In this document: positions 26,043 through 34,544 of the stretch, in pieces | Layout of the letters: each line of letters starts with the position of its first letter | How positions within the stretch are numbered: the first letter of the stretch is position 1 | Source of the DNA: Candidatus Multivorans sp. | Lineage (GTDB): Bacteria > Acidobacteriota > Thermoanaerobaculia > Multivoradales > Multivoraceae | Direction: 5' to 3' | Length of the DNA: 64,000 nucleotides | NCBI GenBank assembly: GCA_965262355.1 | Contig: OZ253534.1 | Location: 3,234,232 to 3,298,231, forward strand | The notes under the pieces: generated by a model | Databases searched by the model: none | What the model saw: the letters and a program-made list of their open reading frames with translations, nothing else | What the model was told of the DNA's origin: nothing | Program-made: the position numbers and the translations under genes

Positions 26043-26120
26043 ATGACGACGACCAGACGTTCCTTTCTTGGTGGCATCGGCGGTCTCGGAGCGGCCGCCG
26101 GGCTCGGCACGGTCGGCTGA
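26043..26120 (+). other. Tat signal-peptide-like mini-ORF, out of frame with the downstream MBL hydrolase
   Basis: ATG 26043 after GGGAG. MTTTRRSFLGGIGGLGAAAGLGTVG then TGA at 26118. The MBL frame (+1 relative) is open across it. Confidence 0.5.
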
Positions 26121-27039
26121 TTCGCTACCAAGCCACGTGACCTCCCTCGAAGACCGCCGACTCGGCGCCGTGACCATCCTGTTCGGCGAAGGCTCCGGCA
26201 AGTACCCCGACAACAACGCCCTGCTGGTGGAAGGCGCCGGGTCGACGATGCTGATCGACCCGTCGCTCGGAGTTCGAGCCCGCGGCCGGAGCGCCCTGCC
26301 CGCCATCGACATCGTCCTGCTCAGTCACTGCCACGAGGACCATACCGCGGCGCTGCCGCTGTTCCCGGACGCGCCGGTCCACGTCCACGAGGAGGACCTG
26401 TGCGGCCTCCTCGACTTCGACGGCTTTCTGGACATCTTCGGCGTCGAACCGGAGCGTCGCGAGGAGTACGGCCGGCACCTGCAGGCCACGTTCTTCTACG
26501 AGCCGCGGCCGGACGCCGTCCCTTTCCGCGACGGCGACCTGTTCGACCTCGGAGGTGGCGTGTCGCTGCGGGTGATCCACACCCCGGGCCATACCCGGGG
26601 CCACTGCTGCTTCCTGATCGAGCCCGACGGCATCCTGTTCCTGGCCGACATCGACCTGACCGGCTTCGGCCCGTACTACGGCGACGACTGGTCGGATCTT
26701 GCCGCCTTCGAGCGGTCGCTCGACCTGGTGCGCGGCATCGAGGCGGCGCACTACGTCACCGGCCACCACATCGGTCTGCTCGAAGACAGGTCCGCCTACC
26801 TCGGCCGCCTCGAGCGCTACGGCGATCGGATCCGCGACCGCGAACGACGGCTGCTCGAGTACCTGGAGCAGCCGCGGACGATCGACAGGATTGTCGATCA
26901 CCGCTTCGTCTACCGGCCGCACGACAAGGGCGAGGGAATCGCGAAAGTCGAGCGACGGAGTGTGGAGCTTCACCTGGACCGGCTGCAGCAGGGCGGACGG
27001 GTCGAGCGCATCGGAGAGACGTATCAGGCGCTGCGTTAG
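26068..27039 (+). CDS. MBL-fold metallo-hydrolase (possibly frameshifted at its 5' end)
   Basis: LLSHCHEDHTAAL (HxHxDH), ...VIHTPGHTRGH..., ...YVTGHH... The track start is a TTG with no convincing RBS. Confidence 0.7.
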   Translation: MVASAVSERPPGSARSADSLPSHVTSLEDRRLGAVTILFGEGSGKYPDNNALLVEGAGSTMLIDPSLGVRARGRSALPAIDIVLLSHCHEDHTAALPLFPDAPVHVHEEDLCGLLDFDGFLDIFGVEPERREEYGRHLQATFFYEPRPDAVPFRDGDLFDLGGGVSLRVIHTPGHTRGHCCFLIEPDGILFLADIDLTGFGPYYGDDWSDLAAFERSLDLVRGIEAAHYVTGHHIGLLEDRSAYLGRLERYGDRIRDRERRLLEYLEQPRTIDRIVDHRFVYRPHDKGEGIAKVERRSVELHLDRLQQGGRVERIGETYQALR

Positions 27040-27062
27040 CGTGACGGCGAAGCCCTCGCCGG

Positions 27063-27710
27063 TTGGCGGCGGGTCTATACTGCCGGTCAGGTTCCTTGCC
27101 GGCTCCTGTCGGAGTCGGTCTACGCTGGAACAGGAGGTTTGGATTGTCCGTCAAGACATTGGCCCCGGCCTGGGGCTGGGTTGTCGTTCTGGTTGCGGCG
27201 CTGCTCGCCGTTGCCTTGCCCGCGATCGCGGACGATGCGGAGTCGGTCGACCATCTCCTCGAGCCCGACACGATCCACCCGGCGACCGCGGACCAGTTCC
27301 GGGCGGTGCTGGAACACCACCGGGGCAAGGTGGTGATCGTCAACTACTGGGCCACCTGGTGCATCCCCTGCCTGCAGGAACTGCCGGAACTCGACCTGCT
27401 GCAGGAGCGCTACGGCGACCGCGGCCTGAAGGTGATTGCCGTCTCGTTGGACGATCCGGAGAAGCTCGAGGACCGGGTGCGGCCGTTCTTCGCCAAGCGG
27501 GCGCCGGGCCTGGTTTCCTACCTGGCCAGCGCCGCCGACAACTCGGTGGACTTCGTGACGTCCTTCGATCCCGAGTGGCCGGGAGCTCTTCCGACCACGA
27601 TGTTCTTCGACCGTAGCGGTGAGCTGAACAACATCCATCTCGGACGGATGCTCTACGCCGAGTTCGAGGAAGCGGTGCTGGAGTTGCTCGAGGCCGACGG
27701 GGGCTCCTGA
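27063..27710 (+). CDS. TlpA/ResA-like thiol:disulfide oxidoreductase (thioredoxin fold)
   Basis: VVIVNYWATWCIPCLQELPEL (WCxxC) preceded by a membrane anchor/signal (WGWVVVLVAALLAVALPAIA). The start is uncertain. Confidence 0.75.
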   Translation: MAAGLYCRSGSLPAPVGVGLRWNRRFGLSVKTLAPAWGWVVVLVAALLAVALPAIADDAESVDHLLEPDTIHPATADQFRAVLEHHRGKVVIVNYWATWCIPCLQELPELDLLQERYGDRGLKVIAVSLDDPEKLEDRVRPFFAKRAPGLVSYLASAADNSVDFVTSFDPEWPGALPTTMFFDRSGELNNIHLGRMLYAEFEEAVLELLEADGGS

Positions 27711-27791
27711 CCCAGAGCCCGGAAGCTGCCGGCTGCTTCCCGGTGTTACTGGTCTTGTGCGTCGAAACAGTGGCGCTTGGGAGGGGCCCGA

Positions 27792-28904
27792 ATGTCAGAT
27801 CCGGTCTTCGAGCACTTCGACTTCGCCGACGAGTACGGCCCGGAGAAGGTCGTCACCGTCTACGAGCCCCGCTGCGGTCTGCAGGGGATCGTGGTGATCG
27901 ACAACAGCTCCGCCGGCCCCACGATGGGCGGCATCCGCATGGCGGCCGACGTCTCCGTCGAGGAGGTATGCCGGTTGGCGCGGGCCATGACCTGGAAGAA
28001 CGCGATGGCTCGCTTGCGGCACGGCGGCGGCAAGGCGGGTATCCGCGCCGCTCCGCGCACGCCGAACCGGGAGGCCCTGGTGCGGCAGTTCGGCCGTGCG
28101 ATCCGGCAGTTGGCGGACTACATTCCGGCCCCTGACATGGGCACGGACGAGACCGCGATGGCCTGGATTCGCGATGAGGGCGGCCAGTCGGTCGGCCTGT
28201 CCAAGGCGCTGGGCGGGATCCCTCTCGACGAGGTCGGTTCCACGGGTTTCGGCCTGGCGATCGCCGCCGAGGTGGTCGAGGAGGCGGGCGTTGTCGCACT
28301 CGAAGGCGCCACGGTCGGGGTCCAGGGTTTCGGCAACGTCGGTCGGCCGGCGGCCCGCTTCCTGGCCGAGCGGGGCGCGCGGCTGGTCGCGGTCACCGAT
28401 CTCGACGGCACGATCCATGACCCCGACGGCATCGACATCGACGAACTCGTGGCAACGATGGATGCGACCGGCGGCGTGACCGCCTACCCGCGGGGCCGCC
28501 GGGTGGAGGGCGACGCCTTCCTGGACCTGGAGGTCGACTTCTTCGTGCCGGCAGCTCGTCCGGACGTGATCGACAGCGGCAACGCCGGCCGCGTAGGCTG
28601 CAAGGTCGTGCTCCAGGGAGCGAACATCCCGGTTACGCTGGCCGGCGAGCGGATTCTTCACGACCGTGGCGTCCTCTCGATTCCCGACTTCGTGGCCAAC
28701 GCCGGCGGCATCATCTGCGGCGCCGTCGAGTACGCGGGCGGCTCGGAGAGGCAGGCATTCGAGAGGATCGAGGACACGGTGCGCGAGAACACCCGCGAAG
28801 TGCTGGCGCTGGCGCGGGCCGAGGGACGGTTGCCACGCGAGGCGGCGATGAGCATCGCCCAGCGACGCGTCTCGGAAGTGATGGCCTACCGGCGAGCCGA
28901 CTGA
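27792..28904 (+). CDS. Glu/Leu/Phe/Val dehydrogenase family protein
   Basis: ATG at 27792 (MSDPVFEHF...). GPTMGGIRM and TWKNAMARLRHGGGKAGI match the catalytic-Lys region. Rossmann GFGNVG. Confidence 0.8.
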   Translation: MSDPVFEHFDFADEYGPEKVVTVYEPRCGLQGIVVIDNSSAGPTMGGIRMAADVSVEEVCRLARAMTWKNAMARLRHGGGKAGIRAAPRTPNREALVRQFGRAIRQLADYIPAPDMGTDETAMAWIRDEGGQSVGLSKALGGIPLDEVGSTGFGLAIAAEVVEEAGVVALEGATVGVQGFGNVGRPAARFLAERGARLVAVTDLDGTIHDPDGIDIDELVATMDATGGVTAYPRGRRVEGDAFLDLEVDFFVPAARPDVIDSGNAGRVGCKVVLQGANIPVTLAGERILHDRGVLSIPDFVANAGGIICGAVEYAGGSERQAFERIEDTVRENTREVLALARAEGRLPREAAMSIAQRRVSEVMAYRRAD

Positions 28905-28926
28905 CCCGCGCGGGAGTCGAGAACGA

Positions 28927-29856
28927 ATGAGGCCCCACAACGCGCTCGCCGAACCGGCAGTCGACCGGCGTTCCGAGCGGCGCGGCGACGCCGAGTGGCT
29001 TGCGGGGCGTCTCGCCGACCCCGAGAGCCTGCTGACTGTCGTGTGGCGGGAGCGCAGTCTGGTCATCGATGCCCGTGGCGATCGCGCGCCGGCGCCGGGG
29101 ACGGTGCCTGTGACCGCGGCGTCGGCCCTCGTCGAGCAGACGGAGGAACTCGTCTACCTGGGCGACGCGGCCGGCCGGAGCTACTTCTCGATCGACCTTT
29201 CCGACCGGGACGATCCGCTCTCGGGAGCGTTGCGCGGCGCTGGTCGGCTGGTCGAGCTACGCCAGGTCGGTTCCGCGATGAGCGGTCCGGACGGCAACCT
29301 GCTTGCCTACGCCCGGGCTATGGCCACCTGGCATCGGCGGCACCGCTTCTGCGGCCAGTGCGGCGGGGCGACGTCAAGCCGGAATGCCGGTCACCTGCGC
29401 GTCTGCACCGGCTGCGGCGCCGAGCACTTCCCTCGCACGGACCCCGCCGTGATCATGCTGGTGCATACGTCAAGCGGCGGCGACGACGCGTGCCTGCTCG
29501 GCCGCCAGGCCGCCTGGCCGCCCGGGATGTTCTCGGCCCTGGCTGGCTTCGTCGAACCTGGTGAGAGCCTGGAGAGCGCCGTGGCGCGCGAGGTCCAGGA
29601 GGAGACCGGCATCGCCGTCGACATCGTGAAGTACCACTCCTCCCAACCGTGGCCCTTCCCGACCTCGATCATGCTGGGCTTCTACGCCACGTCCCCCGGC
29701 GGCGACGTGCAGGTCGACACCGAAGAACTCGAGCACGCGGTCTGGGTGAGCCGCTCCGACCTCGAATACGCTCTCCGAGCCCGCGAACTGCGGTTGCCGC
29801 CGCCCTTCTCGATCGCCCGGCGCCTGATCGACGACTGGCTTCGCGGAGAGCGCTGA
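28927..29856 (+). CDS. nudC: NAD(+) diphosphatase (NADH pyrophosphatase)
   Basis: Zn ribbon CGQCGGATSSRNAGHLRVCTGCG followed by the Nudix box GFVEPGESLESAVAREVQEETGI. Confidence 0.8.
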   Translation: MRPHNALAEPAVDRRSERRGDAEWLAGRLADPESLLTVVWRERSLVIDARGDRAPAPGTVPVTAASALVEQTEELVYLGDAAGRSYFSIDLSDRDDPLSGALRGAGRLVELRQVGSAMSGPDGNLLAYARAMATWHRRHRFCGQCGGATSSRNAGHLRVCTGCGAEHFPRTDPAVIMLVHTSSGGDDACLLGRQAAWPPGMFSALAGFVEPGESLESAVAREVQEETGIAVDIVKYHSSQPWPFPTSIMLGFYATSPGGDVQVDTEELEHAVWVSRSDLEYALRARELRLPPPFSIARRLIDDWLRGER

Positions 29857-29903
29857 GTTCGGAGAGCCCGTTTCTCGCTGCCCTCGCGTAGCATTGTCCG
29901 CCC

Positions 29904-30950
29904 ATGACCCTCGACTCCACGAACGGCGCCGCCGGCAGCCAGCCGATCGACCGCCTCGGACGGCCGATCCGCGATCTGCGCATCTCCGTCATCGACCGCT
30001 GCAACTTCCGTTGCACGTTCTGCATGCCGGCCGACCGGGAGTACAAGTTCCTGCCCAGGCAGCAGTTGATGACCTTCGAGGAGATCGAACGCCTGGTACG
30101 GCTGTTCGTCGAGCTCGGCGTCCGCAAGATCAGGCTGACCGGAGGCGAGCCCCTGCTGCGGCGGGACATCGAGGACCTGGTCCGGATCCTGGCCGCTGTG
30201 CCGGGAATCGAGGACCTCGCCCTGACCACCAACGGCGCCCTGCTCGGCGCCAAGGCGCAGGCGCTTGCCGACGCCGGCCTCAACCGGGTCACGGTCAGCG
30301 TCGAGTCGCTGCAGGACGATGTCTTCGGCCGCGTCAACGGTCTCGGTCACCCCGTACAGCAAGTGCTCGACGGTATCGACGCCGCGGCCGACGCCGGTCT
30401 CGGCCCGATCAAGATCAACACGGTCGTCATGCAGGGCACCAACGAGGACGAGGTCGCCGACATCGCGGGCTACTTCAAGGAACGCGGCCACGTCGTGCGC
30501 TTCATCGAGTTCATGGACGTCGGCACCGTCAATGACTGGAGCCTCGGCCGGGTGGTTACGGCCGCCGAGATCACCGGCCGGATCGCCGAGCGCTGGGCCT
30601 TCGAACCGCTCGACCGCGCCCAGCCGAGCGACGTCGCCGAGCGCTTCCGTTACCTCGACGACGGCGTCGAGTTCGGCGTCATCTCCTCGATCAGCCGCCC
30701 CTTCTGCGGCGACTGCGCCCGCGCCCGCCTCTCCTCCGACGGCCGCCTCTACACCTGCCTGTTCGCCGACACCGGCCCCTCGATCCGCGATCGCCTCCGC
30801 GCCGGCGTGACGGACGAGGAACTCCTCGCCTTCCTCGCCGGTCACTGGCGTCAGCGCGAGGACCGCTACTCCGAGATCCGCGCCGAACGCCTGCGCGCGG
30901 GTTTGCGGACGCCGGCGGAGCGGGTCGAGATGTTCCGCATCGGCGGCTGA
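29904..30950 (+). CDS. moaA: GTP 3',8-cyclase (molybdenum cofactor biosynthesis protein A)
   Basis: LRISVIDRCNFRCTFCMP (radical SAM CxxxCxxC), C-terminal FCGDCARARLSSDGRLYTCLF cluster. Confidence 0.9.
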   Translation: MTLDSTNGAAGSQPIDRLGRPIRDLRISVIDRCNFRCTFCMPADREYKFLPRQQLMTFEEIERLVRLFVELGVRKIRLTGGEPLLRRDIEDLVRILAAVPGIEDLALTTNGALLGAKAQALADAGLNRVTVSVESLQDDVFGRVNGLGHPVQQVLDGIDAAADAGLGPIKINTVVMQGTNEDEVADIAGYFKERGHVVRFIEFMDVGTVNDWSLGRVVTAAEITGRIAERWAFEPLDRAQPSDVAERFRYLDDGVEFGVISSISRPFCGDCARARLSSDGRLYTCLFADTGPSIRDRLRAGVTDEELLAFLAGHWRQREDRYSEIRAERLRAGLRTPAERVEMFRIGG

Positions 30951-31045
30951 GTCGCGGCTGAGTCGCGGCTGTGGCGGCTGTGGCGCGGTGGCGGCGCGGC
31001 TGCGTCGCGTCGTCGGTTGCACTCGCCTGCACGCCGTTTGATCAG

Positions 31046-31559
31046 ATGAACGCGGAGTGGCGGCCCCTGGTTGTGGGTCTTCGAAACGGTCACCGCTTCA
31101 AGAGCAGTACGCCCGAAGTGGAGAGTACGATCGCGAGTTGGCATCAGGAGGCGCGCGACATCTGCCTGATACTGAGCCGAAGCATGGGGGAGCGAGTCGA
31201 GCTTCGCCTCTCGTGGAAGCACAAAGCGGAGTCCTCTGTGTCACCGAGGGTGATGCCGGGGTTCTCCCGGATTGCGGACACGTGATCGACGCCGGCACGG
31301 ATTGGGGTTACCCGATCCCGAAGTCGAGTCCGGGCCGGAGGAAGGTTCTGCTTTGGAGTAGGCGACCCTGGACACCTGTCTTCGACCGTCGGCAGACGGA
31401 ACTGCCTGGCGGCACATCGCGCACTCCGAGGATCTGATCCTCCACCAGCCGAGGCCAAAGCCGAAAGGGGTTCGGTGCGTTGGGATCTTCCCGGACGGGT
31501 TGGACGGGACGAAGCTCTCGGATCACATCGGCGTCTGGGTCGACCTCAAGAAGACCTGA
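31046..31559 (+). pseudogene. Degraded endonuclease/exonuclease/phosphatase (EEP)-family gene remnant
   Basis: The C-terminal piece in frame 3 (...DGTAWRHIAHSEDLILHQ...GTKLSDHIGVWVDLKKT*) resembles the EEP SDH-x-P/G-V terminus. Upstream pieces lie in frames 2 and 1 and are separated by stops (31359, 31435). Weak call. Confidence 0.3.
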
Positions 31560-31600
31560 CTACCGGCCTATGCCGGCGTGAGGTCGCTTACCACCAACTC

Positions 31601-31656
31601 GGGCTCGCCGCTTCGCGGCATCGCCCGGATGCCGGCCAGAAGGCCGGCGCACCTGT
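31601..31656 (+). repeat. REP-like element family A, copy A2
   Basis: GGGCTCGCCGCTTCGCGGCATCGCCCGGATGCCGGCCAGAAGGCCGGCGCACCTGTAC contains the hairpin GCCGGCC-agaa-GGCCGGC. Confidence 0.65.
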
Positions 31657-31705
31657 ACCTTTCACGGGTGGATTCTGGTGGGTCGTTGAGAGAGTTGGAA
31701 TGGAC

Positions 31706-31822
31706 CAGTAGCCGCCGTGGCTGCGGTAGCTGTGGGAAACCGGCTTGCCGGTTTTCCAAGGTCCGGCGGAAAACGGTCTGCCGTTTTCCGCGGGGCCGGC
31801 AGCTTCCGCAGCCGAGACCGCC
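31706..31822 (+). repeat. Structured ~115-nt repeat, copy D2 (immediately 5' of the IS110 element)
   Basis: Aligns with 3897-4011 (12 mismatches in the first 109 nt by hand count) and has the same three-stem architecture. Confidence 0.75.
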
Positions 31823-32053
31823 GGTCGGTTTCGTCTCTGGTCTGCCGGAGTCACTGAAGGAAAGTCGGCAAGCAGCCAGGAGCGACCACCGGCGCACTGT
31901 GCTTCGAGCACCTAGCTGGGACCTGTGCCCTGGCTGCTTCGCCGCGTTGGACGCCCAGTGGAGAGTCAGTGCCTTAGAGCACCAGTACAGGTACGGGCAG
32001 GCAACGCGGCATGCCGACCAGACAACACTACCGCAAGGGAGAAGGAGGACGAG
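31823..32053 (+). ncRNA. Candidate IS110 bridge-RNA-encoding 5' non-coding end
   Basis: The position upstream of the recombinase is as in IS110-subgroup elements. Long-range pairing CGGCAAGCAGCCAGG (31866-31880) with CCTGGCTGCTT-c-GCCG (31929-31944). No covariation evidence is available. Confidence 0.3.
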
Positions 32054-33307
32054 ATGATCAGGACGTGGTTCGCCGGCGTGGACTGGGGGTCCGAGACCCA
32101 CCATGTGTGTTTGCTGGGTCGGGACGGCAAAGTGAGGGGGGAGCGGGCGTTCGACCACAGCGGCAAGGGACTTGCCGCTATGGCGGACTGGCTCCTTGGA
32201 CATACACGACCGACGCCTCCGGGCGAGATCGGCATCGCCATCGAGGTGCCGCACGGACCGGTCGTCGAGTGCCTCCTGGAGCGAGGCTTCGCCGTGTATT
32301 CCATCAACCCCAAGCAGCTCGACCGCTTCAGGGACCGCTTCTCCGTCGCCGGCGCCAAGGATGACCGCCGCGATGCACGGGTGCTCGCCGCCGCGCTTCG
32401 CACCGACCCTGAGTGCCTGAACCGCGTGCAACCATCCGATGCCGCCACCGTCATGCTGCGCGAGGTGTCCCGCGCCCGCAAGCAGTTGGTCGACCAGAAA
32501 AACCGCCTGGGGAACCAGGTCCGCGACCAGATCTGGCGCTACTGCCCGCAGTTTCTCGCCGTGGTCAAGAACGAGGTGTCGGCGCCCTTCGCGCTGGCCT
32601 TGTGGCGACTGGCGCCGACCCCCGACAAGGCTCGACGGGTGCGCGAAGCCACGCTCGCCAAGCTGCTCAAGGAACACCGCATCCGGCGCCTGACTGCCGC
32701 CCAACTGCGCGATCAACTGCGGGCCGAGCCGATCGCCGTTTCCCCGGACGCCGTAAAGGCCGCCGTCGAACACATAGGAATCCTCCGGCCGGTGCTCGAC
32801 ACCGTCTGCCGCCAACTCGCCGACGCCGAAAGGCGGCTGGAGCGGATGACCCGCAAACTCGAAACCGCGATCTCTCCGGAAGACGACGAAGACACGCCCA
32901 AGCCAAGCGACGCCGCCATCCTCAGGTCGCTGCCCGGACTCGGCATGGTCGGCCTCGCCACCCTGCTCTCCGAGGCCGATCAAAGCCTGGCCCGCAGAGA
33001 CTACGGGGCACTGCGTTGCCTCTGCGGAGTGGCGCCGGTGACCGTCAAGTCCGGCAAGAAGCTCATCGTCATGCGACGACTCGCCGCCAACGAACACCTC
33101 AGCGATGCCGCCTATCACTGGGGACGAGTCGCCATCCAGCATGACCCGATCAGCCGCGCCAAGTACGACGCCATGAAAGCCCAGGGGAAAACGCACGGAC
33201 GCGCCATCAGACAGCTCGTCGACCGACTCCTCGGCGTCGCGTGCGCCATGCTACGAGACCGCACTCTCTTCGACCCCAACAAGCGATGCCATGCCCAGGT
33301 CGCATGA
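32054..33307 (+). CDS. IS110-family (DEDD) transposase/recombinase
   Basis: ATG at 32054 after GAAGGAGG. MIRTWFAGVDWGSETHHVCLL... (DEDD_Tnp_IS110 N-terminus). C-terminal ...LRSLPGLGMVGLATLLSE... (Transposase_20-like HhH). Confidence 0.9.
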   Translation: MIRTWFAGVDWGSETHHVCLLGRDGKVRGERAFDHSGKGLAAMADWLLGHTRPTPPGEIGIAIEVPHGPVVECLLERGFAVYSINPKQLDRFRDRFSVAGAKDDRRDARVLAAALRTDPECLNRVQPSDAATVMLREVSRARKQLVDQKNRLGNQVRDQIWRYCPQFLAVVKNEVSAPFALALWRLAPTPDKARRVREATLAKLLKEHRIRRLTAAQLRDQLRAEPIAVSPDAVKAAVEHIGILRPVLDTVCRQLADAERRLERMTRKLETAISPEDDEDTPKPSDAAILRSLPGLGMVGLATLLSEADQSLARRDYGALRCLCGVAPVTVKSGKKLIVMRRLAANEHLSDAAYHWGRVAIQHDPISRAKYDAMKAQGKTHGRAIRQLVDRLLGVACAMLRDRTLFDPNKRCHAQVA

Positions 33308-33500
33308 CCTACCTGACCCACAGCAGCCTCCCCAAGACCACTTGCTAAAGGGTGGAGAGTCCCAGTGGTCCCCCCTGAGCCCCGACCAGGCAGGCGGGTG
33401 TAACCGCCGCACCGCTGCGCGCCGCTCCGCGCCGCGCCGCTTACGGGGCTCGATTCGGTACAGTGAGGGTCATGACCTGCCGCATGAACGGGGCGGTCGC

Positions 33501-34544
33501 GTGAGTACCCGGCCGCTGTTGGCGGCGGCTGAGGGAGAGCGGGACCGCAAGGCAGAGCACATCCGGCTGGCGCTTGATCGGCGCATGCAAGTGGAGCGGA
33601 GCTACTTCGACGACTACCGGTTCGAGCATCGGGCGCTGCCCGAGATCGACTTCGACGACGTGCGGATCGGCACGGTGTTCCTGGGGCGGGAGCTCCGGGC
33701 GCCGCTGCTCATTTCGTGCATGACCGGGGGCACGGGGGTTGCGGAGCAGATCAACCGGCGTCTGGCGGAGGCGGCCGAGGCGGAGCGCGTTGCTCTGGGA
33801 GTCGGGTCGCAGCGCAAGGCGATCGACGATCCGGAGACGGCGGCGACGTTCCGGGTTCGGGAGTTCGCGCCCAACGTGCCGGTTCTGGCCAACCTGGGCG
33901 CGGTGCAACTGAACTACGGCTACGGCGTCGACGAGTGTCGCGTCGCGGTCGACATGGTCGAAGCGGATGCCCTGGTGCTGCATCTGAACGCGCTGCAGGA
34001 GGCGCTGCAGCCGGAGGGGCAACTCAACTTCCGGGGCCTGCTGCCGAAGATCGCCCGCGTCGTTGAGGCGCTCGATGTGCCGGTCATCGTCAAGGAGATC
34101 GGTTGCGGCATCTCGGCGGCCGTGGGCCGGCAACTCGCCAACGTCGGCGTGCGGATTCTCGACACGGCGGGAGTGGGCGGCACGAGTTGGGCGCGGATCG
34201 AGGCGGCGCGGGCGGACGAGGTGGCTCTCGGCGAGCACTTCGCCGACTGGGGGCTGCCGACGCCGGAGTCGATCAGCCAGTTGGCGCAGGTGCCCGGGGT
34301 GCAGGTGATCGGCAGCGGCGGCATCCGGTCGGGCATCGACGCGGCGAAGGCGCTGGCTCTCGGCGCCGACATTGCCGGCATGGCCTTCCCGTTCCTGGAG
34401 GCTGCGAACGCCTCGACCGCCGCGGTCGTGGACCAGATCGAACGAACAGCCTTTGAGCTGCGCATCTCCATGTTCTGCACCGGGGCTGTGGACGTCGCGG
34501 CACTACGCCGGGCGCCCCTGCTGCGGGGGAGTGGCGATGGCTGA
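33501..34544 (+). CDS. fni: Type 2 isopentenyl-diphosphate delta-isomerase (FMN-dependent)
   Basis: RKAEHIRLAL..., ...APLLISCMTGGT..., VIVKEIGCGIS, GSGGIRSGIDAAKALALGAD. GTG at 33501 chosen within track ORF 33291..34544. The start is uncertain. Confidence 0.85.
   Translation: MSTRPLLAAAEGERDRKAEHIRLALDRRMQVERSYFDDYRFEHRALPEIDFDDVRIGTVFLGRELRAPLLISCMTGGTGVAEQINRRLAEAAEAERVALGVGSQRKAIDDPETAATFRVREFAPNVPVLANLGAVQLNYGYGVDECRVAVDMVEADALVLHLNALQEALQPEGQLNFRGLLPKIARVVEALDVPVIVKEIGCGISAAVGRQLANVGVRILDTAGVGGTSWARIEAARADEVALGEHFADWGLPTPESISQLAQVPGVQVIGSGGIRSGIDAAKALALGADIAGMAFPFLEAANASTAAVVDQIERTAFELRISMFCTGAVDVAALRRAPLLRGSGDG

Larger units (their letters stand above)
31823..33408 (+). mobile_element. 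IS110-family insertion sequence (boundaries approximate)
   Basis: DEDD-type transposase flanked by 231 nt (5') and ~100 nt (3') of non-coding DNA. ACCGCC occurs at both proposed junctions (31817-31822 and 33403-33408). The D-repeat homology stops at the left junction. Confidence 0.5.

Noticed and set aside
30944-31010. GC-rich short tandem repeats after moaA as a regulatory or ncRNA element
   Set aside because: It is a low-complexity (GCGGCT)n-like sequence with no stable defined structure or conserved motif that I can recognise. It is probably slippage-prone spacer DNA.
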